Shown in pieces: positions 28,290 to 36,113 of a DNA stretch of 64,000 nt. Numbering within the stretch: the first letter of the stretch is position 1; every line of letters starts with the position of its first letter. This DNA is from Salmonella phage vB_SenS-3, in the sequence record OR896822.1; one strand, given 5' to 3'. The notes under the pieces are model-generated. The model searched no databases. It worked only from the letters and a program-made list of their open reading frames with translations, and had not been told where the DNA came from. Made by a program: the position numbers and the translations under genes.

Positions 28290-28805
28290 ATGGCTAAGCA
28301 GAAAAACGCAAAAACTCAGGCAGCTCCGGCAGTTAAAACTTTCGCTCAGACCGAAGCCAATCGTAAGGCTCGTCTGGAACGTCATCTGCGTAAGCATCCT
28401 ACTGATGCTCAGGCTCAGACTGCCCTGAAGTCTGCGGCTCCGGTTCGCCAGAAGCCGAAGGCCAAGAACTCTACTCGCGCAACTGCTAAGCAGGTTGTGT
28501 TCATCAAGGGTGAAGGTCATAAGTCTGTACCGGTAACTCTGAGCTTTAACGGTGGTGCTGAGATGTTCGCCCGCAACGGTATGGCTCTGAAAGACTACGA
28601 AAAAGCAGTCAATCAGAAGCGTAAGCCAATGGCTGACGTAATGCGTGAATCGCGTGGACAGTTTGGCTCCGTTAAACCGAATATCTTCGGTGTAGAGTAC
28701 AGCCGTGACAACGTTCGCGCTCTGTGCTACGGTATCGGTATTAAGTTTACTGGTGCTTCTGATCGTAAATCCGCTAAACCTACTCGTAAGCGTAAAGCGA
28801 AGTAA
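28290..28805 (+). CDS. highly basic hypothetical protein
   Basis: 171 aa, Lys/Arg/Ala-rich; opposite-strand ORF 28257..28829 judged spurious. Confidence 0.55.
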   Translation: MAKQKNAKTQAAPAVKTFAQTEANRKARLERHLRKHPTDAQAQTALKSAAPVRQKPKAKNSTRATAKQVVFIKGEGHKSVPVTLSFNGGAEMFARNGMALKDYEKAVNQKRKPMADVMRESRGQFGSVKPNIFGVEYSRDNVRALCYGIGIKFTGASDRKSAKPTRKRKAK

Positions 28806-28866
28806 TGATTGATGGGGCGAAAGCCCCATATACTAACTCTTTCTCTGACTAATCAAGGATATTTTT

Positions 28867-29082
28867 ATGTTCTCTAAGAAACCACGTTCCGTTACTGAAA
28901 TCGTTGCTTCCTTTACCACTATTACTGATGAACTTCAAGCTCGTATTGAAGCTGACCAGAAAACTGCTGCTGATATTCAGAAACAGCAGGAAGAACTCGC
29001 TCTGAAACTGGCTGAAACCAATAAGAGTGAAAAATCTGCTCAAACTATTAAGGAAAATATCCTTAAACTGCTGGGCAAGTAA
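28867..29082 (+). CDS. hypothetical protein
   Basis: 71 aa ORF. Confidence 0.5.
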   Translation: MFSKKPRSVTEIVASFTTITDELQARIEADQKTAADIQKQQEELALKLAETNKSEKSAQTIKENILKLLGK

Positions 29083-29091
29083 TTTAAATCA

Positions 29092-29114
29092 GGGGGCGAA
29101 AGCCCCTCTTATTT
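29092..29114 (+). terminator. rho-independent terminator
   Basis: GGGGC-GAAA-GCCCC hairpin followed by TCTTATTT. Confidence 0.5.
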
Positions 29115-29123
29115 GGAGAAACT

Positions 29124-29336
29124 ATGCGTAACTTCGTTGCAAAGAATGATTTTAACCGTGCTAGCACTCACAAGTCTGCTAGAGACTACACTCGTCTTTC
29201 TAAACATGAGCTTCTAGAAGAAATCATGGAAGAAAACTGGGATGTTAGTGAAAATGGAACAGACCTGTTTGAAGAAGAGGAACTTCCTCTGAAAGACCCC
29301 AAACAGTGGGAGTCTATTAAAGAGACAGCTCTTTAA
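29124..29336 (+). CDS. hypothetical protein
   Basis: 70 aa acidic ORF. Confidence 0.5.
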   Translation: MRNFVAKNDFNRASTHKSARDYTRLSKHELLEEIMEENWDVSENGTDLFEEEELPLKDPKQWESIKETAL

Positions 29337-29366
29337 TAGTTTTCTACAACAATAAAGGACATAATT

Positions 29367-30068
29367 ATGAAATTCAAGCCCTTTGGTATGCTGGACATTG
29401 AATCTCTAGGTACTCCAGGAAATTGCGGTACTACTCATATTGCAATGCCTTCTTTCGCTTTTGTAGCGATGCACGGAATTGATAAAGATCCTGATCTGGT
29501 ATTCGTTACTCTAGACGTTCAAGATCAGCTTAATGCGGGTGCTAAGGTAACTGCCTCTACTATTGCATTCTGGATGGATCAAGCTAAAAACAGTCCATCT
29601 GCGCTCCATATTATGGAGGCTCTAAATGGTCGTAATCCTAAACTGATTGCCTTCCGTGATGGTAAGCATCACTGCACTAATGACGTAGGCTCTAATTATG
29701 CTGCCTTCTCTATGGCTCAGAACATTATGGAATTGTCTCTAGGAGATAATGCTCTGTATTATGGCAATGGCCCAGAGTTTGATATGACAATCTACTCTGC
29801 AAATACGTTCCATGCCGGAACCCATGAAGAAATAGTTCCGTGGAAATTCTGGAACTTAGGTAACGTTCGATCTTTCCGTAATCAGTGGATGCAAGCTGGT
29901 TATAGCTATAAAGATCTAGAAGCCGAAGGTGCTAGCTGGGCAAAAGCTAAAATGGAAAAGATGGACACCATTCGTTATGGAATCTATCCTGTGAAGCATG
30001 ATCCAGCATTCGATGCTTTAGTTGAAAGTTATTGTGTAGCCGTCATGATCGAAAAAATCAAAATTTGA
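29367..30068 (+). CDS. hypothetical protein (possible DEDD-type exonuclease-like fold)
   Basis: 233 aa; N-terminal LDIESLG weakly resembles exonuclease motif I; assignment tentative. Confidence 0.5.
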   Translation: MKFKPFGMLDIESLGTPGNCGTTHIAMPSFAFVAMHGIDKDPDLVFVTLDVQDQLNAGAKVTASTIAFWMDQAKNSPSALHIMEALNGRNPKLIAFRDGKHHCTNDVGSNYAAFSMAQNIMELSLGDNALYYGNGPEFDMTIYSANTFHAGTHEEIVPWKFWNLGNVRSFRNQWMQAGYSYKDLEAEGASWAKAKMEKMDTIRYGIYPVKHDPAFDALVESYCVAVMIEKIKI

Positions 30069-30069
30069 T

Positions 30070-30098
30070 TTGCTTTCAGCTCCAAAATTCTGTATAAT
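30070..30098 (+). promoter_or_regulatory. sigma70-type early promoter
   Basis: -35 TTGCTT, 17 bp, -10 TATAAT, conserved leader. Confidence 0.6.
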
Positions 30099-30138
30099 AT
30101 ATTCATAAATTTGAGAGAACAACAAAAGGAAAATAATT

Positions 30139-30321
30139 ATGCCAGTATCTAAAAACGTCCGTAAAAATGGTAAAGTAGCAAAACGTAACCTGGGTCTGCG
30201 TCGTATGGCTGAGCGTCAGTCCGGCATCCAGAAAATCTTTAATGTGCTGAATCGCGCCAACCCGAATATTGATAACAGTTCTGATACTGTTCTGCGCACT
30301 CTGCTGGCAATCGGTCTGTAA
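30139..30321 (+). CDS. hypothetical basic protein
   Basis: 60 aa ORF downstream of promoter. Confidence 0.45.
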   Translation: MPVSKNVRKNGKVAKRNLGLRRMAERQSGIQKIFNVLNRANPNIDNSSDTVLRTLLAIGL

Positions 30322-30374
30322 TAGACCATTTTTAAAACAAATTCAAATCTCAAACTTCATATAAGGAAGAAATA

Positions 30375-31013
30375 ATGACTACTCGTATCTCTAAAACTCG
30401 TGCTCTGGCAACTATCAAGTCTCTAGAAGCTAAAATCCGTAAAGCTACTGAACAACAGCTTTTGATTGCTGTTGGTGAAGGTAAGGATAAGAACCAAGTT
30501 GTAGTTGGCGCTGCAATCGAAGTAGATGCTCTGTCTACTCGTATTAAGACTGATTTCCAGTCTCTGTTGGATATGATGTCCCAGCGTGATCATCTGAAAG
30601 CAGCGCTGATCAAGAGCAATGCTGAAACTGTTGTAGAGATCGGTTCCCGATCTATGACTGTTGCGGAAGCAATCGAAGCTAAGCGTTCTATGGAACTCAA
30701 AGCTCAGTTGCTGGCTAACATGCGTAAGCAGTTCCATGCTGCTACTGTTAAGTTTAACACTCAGAAGGCTCAGTTTGATAACAAGTATGAGCGTTTGCAG
30801 GATACCATGGCTACCCGCGACAAGAAGACTTCTGAGGATGAAGTTAAGATGCAGCTTAACCTGCTGGAACTCAAGAACACTCCGTTCCTGATCGATCCGC
30901 TGGAGCTGGAAAAGCTGATCAAGCAACACGACGAAGAATACCAGGATTTTGCAACCAACGTTGACTTTGTTATGTCTGAGTCCAACGCCTCTACTTTTAT
31001 CGAAGTAGAGTAA
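30375..31013 (+). CDS. hypothetical protein
   Basis: 212 aa, coiled-coil-like composition. Confidence 0.55.
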   Translation: MTTRISKTRALATIKSLEAKIRKATEQQLLIAVGEGKDKNQVVVGAAIEVDALSTRIKTDFQSLLDMMSQRDHLKAALIKSNAETVVEIGSRSMTVAEAIEAKRSMELKAQLLANMRKQFHAATVKFNTQKAQFDNKYERLQDTMATRDKKTSEDEVKMQLNLLELKNTPFLIDPLELEKLIKQHDEEYQDFATNVDFVMSESNASTFIEVE

Positions 31014-31403
31014 TGATTTAAAAGACTAGTAAATCGGTAGACGAAAGCCCAAGCATCTTACCTCGCAGCAGCGGTTGAAATACGAGGTTAAATAAGACCG
31101 CTGACCATACTATAAAGTATAATCTATTGGAGATTATCTTAATTTATTTTTCGGCAGATGTTGCATCTGTCAAAATAAAACAAGACGTCGTTGGTAGTAC
31201 CAACACAACTTCAAAGATCAACGCTCAAGTATGAAAGCTGAAAAGTTAAAAGCACTCAAACTTCTAACCTTCTAAAGCTAAAAGATGCAAAGTATTCGTT
31301 GATGATTCAAACCCTAGATCAAAGGTACATGGCTCATAAGATATGGCCTGTGGCGCCTCTAGGCTATTTATCGGTTTACTAGTTTCACAATTTAAAAATG
31401 TAT

Positions 31404-31432
31404 TTGCTAATTAGTTTAGTTTTCTGTATAAT
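31404..31432 (+). promoter_or_regulatory. sigma70-type early promoter
   Basis: -35 TTGCTA, 17 bp, -10 TATAAT. Confidence 0.6.
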
Positions 31433-31462
31433 ATATTTTTAAATTGATGAGACGAGGCTATT

Positions 31463-31780
31463 ATGATTTTTCATATTCTTATTGATGATGTGCGTAACCT
31501 TCATGGAATGGACATTATAATTCGAACCCCCGAAGCCGCTGTTGAGTTTCTGAATAAAACCGATACCACAGGTCATTTCGTTTATATGGATAACGATCTG
31601 GCTGTAGATGATATGGAAGGTTATCAAATTCTTCGTTTACTCCTAGAATTTGGTCAGAGACCCAAGAAAGTGGTACTAGTAACCTCGAACCCAGTAGCTA
31701 AAGAGACCATGCGTAATGATCTCTTAGACGAAGGGTATCAAGAAAGCCCTAATCGTATTGAGTACGATTGGCCGGAGTAA
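31463..31780 (+). CDS. CheY-like receiver (REC) domain protein
   Basis: 105 aa; ILIDD acidic pair, YMDNDL putative phosphoacceptor region, VVLVTSNP and downstream Lys follow CheY spacing. Confidence 0.5.
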   Translation: MIFHILIDDVRNLHGMDIIIRTPEAAVEFLNKTDTTGHFVYMDNDLAVDDMEGYQILRLLLEFGQRPKKVVLVTSNPVAKETMRNDLLDEGYQESPNRIEYDWPE

Positions 31781-31785
31781 ATAAA

Positions 31786-32235
31786 ATGAAGGCAGCTTTG
31801 CTTTTAATAGCTGCCCTAACCTATAGCTTCAATAGTCATGCTACCTACGACGCTAAACAGATTGATTGCATTGCAAAAAATGTCTATTTTGAGAGCCGAG
31901 GTGAGGGCACGAAGGGAATGGTTGCAGTTGCACAGGTCACCAAAAACCGTGTTAACTCTGGTACATTCCCGGATTCTTACTGTAAAGTAGTATATCAGTC
32001 TAACCAGTTCTCTTGGGTATCTAAGAGACCAAAAGTTGATAAAACCGATGCGGCTTGGCAAACTGCTAAGAATGTAGCTAGAGTGATATACTACGTTGAT
32101 TTACCCCATGATCCAACATATGGAGCGTTATACTTCCATAGTGGTAAAGAAAAGCCGTACTGGACGAAAACGTTCAAGAAAACAACTAAAATTCAAGGCC
32201 ACACGTTCTATAAGCCTGTGACTAAGAAAATTTAA
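31786..32235 (+). CDS. secreted SleB-like cell wall hydrolase domain protein
   Basis: signal peptide MKAALLLIAALTYSFNSHA; Hydrolase_2-like NVYFESRGEG...VAQVTKNR; ATG 31786 with RBS GGAG. Confidence 0.65.
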   Translation: MKAALLLIAALTYSFNSHATYDAKQIDCIAKNVYFESRGEGTKGMVAVAQVTKNRVNSGTFPDSYCKVVYQSNQFSWVSKRPKVDKTDAAWQTAKNVARVIYYVDLPHDPTYGALYFHSGKEKPYWTKTFKKTTKIQGHTFYKPVTKKI

Positions 32236-32243
32236 AAATTCAA

Positions 32244-32272
32244 TTGCTTTAAGCCTTAAAATTCTGTATAAT
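32244..32272 (+). promoter_or_regulatory. sigma70-type early promoter
   Basis: -35 TTGCTT, 17 bp, -10 TATAAT. Confidence 0.6.
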
Positions 32273-32304
32273 AACTGTATAAATTGATGAGAGGAAAGCG
32301 AACA

Positions 32305-32475
32305 ATGAAAACCTTAGTAATTATTGGTGTTAATACTCATGGTATTCGTACTACGAAAACAGTTAAAACTACTAACATTGCTGAAATTACTACAAATCCT
32401 AAGAAGTTTGATTTCGCCAAAGTCTCAGCAGTTATGACAGAACAATCTTTTAACCAAGCACTGGGAATTAAATAA
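32305..32475 (+). CDS. hypothetical protein
   Basis: start set at ATG after RBS GAGAGGAAAG within the conserved leader. Confidence 0.45.
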   Translation: MKTLVIIGVNTHGIRTTKTVKTTNIAEITTNPKKFDFAKVSAVMTEQSFNQALGIK

Positions 32476-32918
32476 TGGAAGAGAATATTCTAGATGTTTT
32501 GCGTAGGGCTTTGCAGGAATCCAAGTTTGATGGTTCTGATAAAGAAGTAGCTAAAAGCTACCAGACCATAATCGGAGATCTTCAGCGTGTTGATAAAGAC
32601 TTCATTACTTCTGAACAGTTTATATCTTATCTAAAAGCTCAACTGAAAAGCATTAATCAGACGAAAGCTAAACTTCACAGTCAAGATCTTGATAATTATA
32701 GCTTGCAGTCTGCTCAGTATGAATATATACTGAACAAATGGTTACAGCAGTATTTGCCTCCTCAGCTATCTGATTCTGAGATTCGCAAATACTTCGCAGA
32801 ATTAGTTAAGCTGAATCCTGGGATTACAAAGGGTATGCTGATGAAAGCGATTAAGGAAGAGTTTCCTGGTCGTTACGACGGTGGCATTGCTGCTCAGGTT
32901 GCTGGCGAATTTAATTAA
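32475..32918 (+). CDS. GatB/YqeY-like domain protein
   Basis: 147 aa; N- and C-terminal segments resemble the YqeY family. Confidence 0.55.
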   Translation: MEENILDVLRRALQESKFDGSDKEVAKSYQTIIGDLQRVDKDFITSEQFISYLKAQLKSINQTKAKLHSQDLDNYSLQSAQYEYILNKWLQQYLPPQLSDSEIRKYFAELVKLNPGITKGMLMKAIKEEFPGRYDGGIAAQVAGEFN

Positions 32919-32927
32919 AAATTAATT

Positions 32928-32956
32928 TGCTAAACGCTTCAAAATTCTGTATAATA
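32928..32956 (+). promoter_or_regulatory. sigma70-type early promoter directly abutting the HNH endonuclease ORF
   Basis: -35 TTGCTA, 17 bp, -10 TATAAT; ATG of 32962 lies 6 nt after the -10 with no RBS. Confidence 0.6.
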
Positions 32957-32961
32957 TATTC

Positions 32962-33444
32962 ATGAAAAGGAAAGAATACCCTACTAAAGAAATACTTGAA
33001 AAATATTTTGTAGCTGATCCTGATAATGGGATACTATATAGGAAAACAAAGAAAGGTTTGAAAGAGTGTTGTGCCAATAATAAGAAATCACATCCAGATG
33101 TGGGATTTCAGGGCGACACCTATCAACTGCATGTCTTATTATTTATTATGTACTATGGATATATGCCTGAAGAAGTAGATCATAAGGATACTAATCCTAG
33201 AAATAATAGGAAAAATAATCTAAGGGACGCCTCTAGATCGCAAAATAATGCGAATAGAAACCAACAATGCAATAATACTTCTTGGTACAAAGGAGTAAGT
33301 TGGGAAGGCTCTTCCTTGAGATACCAAGTAAGACATGAAGGAAAAAATTACAGTAAAAGAGGGTTTAAAACTGCGGAAGAGGCTTTCGAGGCCTCTAAGA
33401 TATTAAGAGAATCCTTACATAAAGAATTTACTAACTTTGGTTAG
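32962..33444 (+). CDS. HNH homing endonuclease with AP2 domain
   Basis: 160 aa; HNH core EEVDHKDTNPRNNRKNNL...N; AP2-like WYKGVSWEGSSLRYQVRHEGKNYSKRGFKTAEEA. Confidence 0.75.
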   Translation: MKRKEYPTKEILEKYFVADPDNGILYRKTKKGLKECCANNKKSHPDVGFQGDTYQLHVLLFIMYYGYMPEEVDHKDTNPRNNRKNNLRDASRSQNNANRNQQCNNTSWYKGVSWEGSSLRYQVRHEGKNYSKRGFKTAEEAFEASKILRESLHKEFTNFG

Positions 33445-34074
33445 TAATAGTGGGGTGCCGAAACCACTTATGTAACAACACTGCCGTCCTAGTATAATAG
33501 GTATTATTAGGGCTTCACCGCCTGAAGATGTGGGTTCGAGTCCCACGGTCGGAAAGAGTTGGATAACTGGTGCTTCTAATGGCGAAGCAATCGCAGGCAG
33601 TTGCGCACTGCCAAAACCACGCGGTAGTTGGTTCCAGGCTAACCAACCACTCTTGAAAAGTATATACTACGGTTTTGCTTGTTCAGGAAGCTTCGCATCG
33701 AAAATCGGAGGTGCGATTTTATCAGACCGCGTGGAGGACGTCTCTCCGTTAAGTGACGAAAAGTGGGACGATTCAGGTAGAGCTGGATATGGAACACCTA
33801 TACATATGCGGAGTGCGCACAAAGCATATTGCGGTGGTACTAAACGAAATTAGGAGTCATGACCTGCACAAGTTTAGTATGTCATAACCGATGTACATTC
33901 AGTACAAAAACCACTGAAGCTAAGATAGATAGTCACCTTGACTTAAACTGGAAGATATTGTCTGACGGAAGGGCTGCAGAGCTTAATCTGAGGGGGCTGA
34001 CCCTACCTACCGTCGGGTATCTTTAAGAGTTCTTACGAGAACTCTTAAAGATACCTAAACATTAAGGAATACTG

Positions 34075-34584
34075 ATGAATCTAGGAACTACTTGTATATT
34101 TGATCACAGAGAAATGTGTTGCCCACATATTCTGTATGTAGTTCACTTTGCAGAACGTCTTACTCTGGATGAAGCTCGTGAGAAAATGGGTGGAATTACT
34201 GGATATGATTTCCGTGAAGGTGAATACTTTAGCATTGCTCTTGATTACATTGACAATACCCGTCTCTATCATCTAGTGCAGCTAGGGGAAGAAACTGATG
34301 AAGTGAAAATGGCGAAAGATACTCTACGTCGTTATCGTCCTCAGATTCTAGAACGTACACTTCGTGGAGAACGTAGTGACCCATTGTTCTTGAAGTGCTA
34401 TGACGCAGATGTTAATGAGTATCTAGGACAGCAACGGTTTTACACTGAAATCAAAGAGTTTGTTCGTGAAAAATACGACGCTCTACTAATTGATTCCAGA
34501 GCACGACGTGCAGCTAAAAATGCTGAGAAATCTGCTAAAGCAGCACTAGAAAGCCAAACCAAACTGAACGAAATCGTTAAGTGA
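34075..34584 (+). CDS. hypothetical protein
   Basis: 169 aa ORF ending 8 nt before tRNA-Arg. Confidence 0.55.
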   Translation: MNLGTTCIFDHREMCCPHILYVVHFAERLTLDEAREKMGGITGYDFREGEYFSIALDYIDNTRLYHLVQLGEETDEVKMAKDTLRRYRPQILERTLRGERSDPLFLKCYDADVNEYLGQQRFYTEIKEFVREKYDALLIDSRARRAAKNAEKSAKAALESQTKLNEIVK

Positions 34585-34592
34585 TCTAATTT

Positions 34593-34667
34593 CGGGGTGT
34601 AGTCTAAGGGATAGGCAGGAGTCTTCTAAATTCCTTTATGCAGGTTCGAATCCTGTCACCTCGGCCA
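34593..34667 (+). tRNA. tRNA-Arg (anticodon TCT)
   Basis: hand-folded cloverleaf: acceptor CGGGGTG/CACCTCG, anticodon loop CTTCTAA, T-loop TTCGAAT, CCA encoded. Confidence 0.75.
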
Positions 34668-34693
34668 ATCTTATTACCTGTTAGGAAAATAAA

Positions 34694-34894
34694 ATGAAAA
34701 CACGATATATAGTAAAAGTAGTAGGTGAACATTCGCAAGTAAATACCACGGATGTTACAGCACTAGCATTTGAGGTAGTCTCCGGTATAGTCATATTTCA
34801 TAATGGGGATATCAAAGCTCCTGAATTTGCTGTGGATGCTGGCCTGTTTATTTCTGCAACTAAAGTAACTGTAGTAGCTAACTCTTCTAAATAA
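34694..34894 (+). CDS. hypothetical protein
   Basis: 66 aa ORF with RBS AGGAAA. Confidence 0.45.
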   Translation: MKTRYIVKVVGEHSQVNTTDVTALAFEVVSGIVIFHNGDIKAPEFAVDAGLFISATKVTVVANSSK

Positions 34895-34905
34895 TAAGGA
34901 AATAT

Positions 34906-35850
34906 ATGTTTACTAAAAACACTAAAGAACTGACTTCTGAGCAAAAAGTAATTCGTACTATTAAACGTTGGGGTGTTGGTGCTGCTATTAGTCTTGGTGC
35001 TCTTATTCTGGCTCTCAATTCCTATACAGTTGTTCAGGATGGTACTGTTAAGACCCAAACCTTCCTGGGTAAAGTTAGCCCTAATCCTGTATTGCCAGGC
35101 TTCCATATTGTTAACCCATTTGCTTCTTTTGATACTTTTAGTACGAAAGATATTTCCATGAAACTGGATAAACTTCAGGTTCCTAGCCAGGATAAGTTTA
35201 AGTCCACTGTTGACATTACCGTTATGTTGCAGTTTGATGGTGCTAAAGCTCCTATGAACCGTGTTAACGCAGGTACTCAGGATCAAGCTCTGAACAAGTA
35301 CGTTGAAGAGAAGATGCTGTCTACGATTCGTGAGTTTGGTAAGTCTGTACCAAAAGCACAAGATCTGTTCGACGCTAAGATTCAGGCTCAACTGCAAACC
35401 GCTATTCAGCAAGAAGTAGAAGAGTATGCGCGTCCTTATGGTTACACCGTTAAGCAAGTATTCCTTCAGGATATTACTCTGCCACCGGTAATCATGGAAC
35501 AGGTACAGAACACCAAAGTTCGTGAAGAACAAGTTAACGCTGCAAAAGCTGAACTGGCTCGTGTTGAACAAGAAGCACAGCAGAAAGTTAAGCAAGCTGA
35601 GGCGGATCGTTCCGCTCGTGAAAACATGGCAGTAGCTAACGAACGTGACGCAGATGCTAAACTGTACGCAGCTAAGAAAGAAGCTGAAGCTAACGCCGCT
35701 CTGCAACGTACCATTACTCCTGAAATGATTCGTTGGAAGCAGCTGGAAGTTGAAATGCTTCGTGCTGAAAAATACCAAGGTGGTGTACCACAGACTGTTG
35801 TCGGTACTGGCTACGATGGTCAAATGATCATGGATATGCGTAACAAGTAA
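34906..35850 (+). CDS. SPFH/band-7 (prohibitin/HflC-like) membrane protein
   Basis: 314 aa; N-terminal TM helix, SPFH-like core, C-terminal Ala/Glu-rich coiled coil. Confidence 0.7.
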   Translation: MFTKNTKELTSEQKVIRTIKRWGVGAAISLGALILALNSYTVVQDGTVKTQTFLGKVSPNPVLPGFHIVNPFASFDTFSTKDISMKLDKLQVPSQDKFKSTVDITVMLQFDGAKAPMNRVNAGTQDQALNKYVEEKMLSTIREFGKSVPKAQDLFDAKIQAQLQTAIQQEVEEYARPYGYTVKQVFLQDITLPPVIMEQVQNTKVREEQVNAAKAELARVEQEAQQKVKQAEADRSARENMAVANERDADAKLYAAKKEAEANAALQRTITPEMIRWKQLEVEMLRAEKYQGGVPQTVVGTGYDGQMIMDMRNK

Positions 35851-35873
35851 TAGTTACACGTAATCTTCGAACC

Positions 35874-35908
35874 AAGCCCGCGTTTCCTTCGAGAGCGCGG
35901 GCTTTTCT
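35874..35908 (+). terminator. rho-independent terminator after SPFH gene
   Basis: AAGCCCGCG...CGCGGGCTT hairpin followed by TTCTGT. Confidence 0.55.
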
Positions 35909-36054
35909 GTATTTAAGGCAAAAGAAAAAGCCCATAAGTTATTCAACTAAGGTCTTTAGTATTTAATTCTTTAGAATCATATACTATTATTGCAGCAACA
36001 ACGTGCTAACCTTAAGTGCCCTGCGATTTTCCTCTAAAAAGTTAAAAAATTCGA

Positions 36055-36083
36055 TTGCTTGAATGCTAAATTCTCTGTATAAT
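36055..36083 (+). promoter_or_regulatory. sigma70-type early promoter
   Basis: -35 TTGCTT, 17 bp, -10 TATAAT, conserved leader TATAAATTTGAGAGAGGAATCAAAT. Confidence 0.6.
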
Positions 36084-36113
36084 ATATTTATAAATTTGAG
36101 AGAGGAATCAAAT

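Noticed and set aside
28257-28829. 190 aa minus-strand ORF overlapping the plus-strand basic protein gene
   Set aside because: It mirrors a well-supported plus-strand gene with promoter and RBS, and its protein is low-complexity; treated as an antisense artefact, as were 34798..35823, 30423..30929, 60008..60334 and other shadow ORFs
33530-33853. 107 aa plus-strand ORF inside the structured region after the HNH gene
   Set aside because: Gly/Ser-rich low-complexity product, no RBS, overlaps a tRNA-like T-arm and GC-rich stems; more likely non-coding RNA sequence
33445-34074. tmRNA or RNase P RNA candidate
   Set aside because: None of the conserved tmRNA or RNase P sequence blocks that I recall are present; only a generic tRNA-like T-arm
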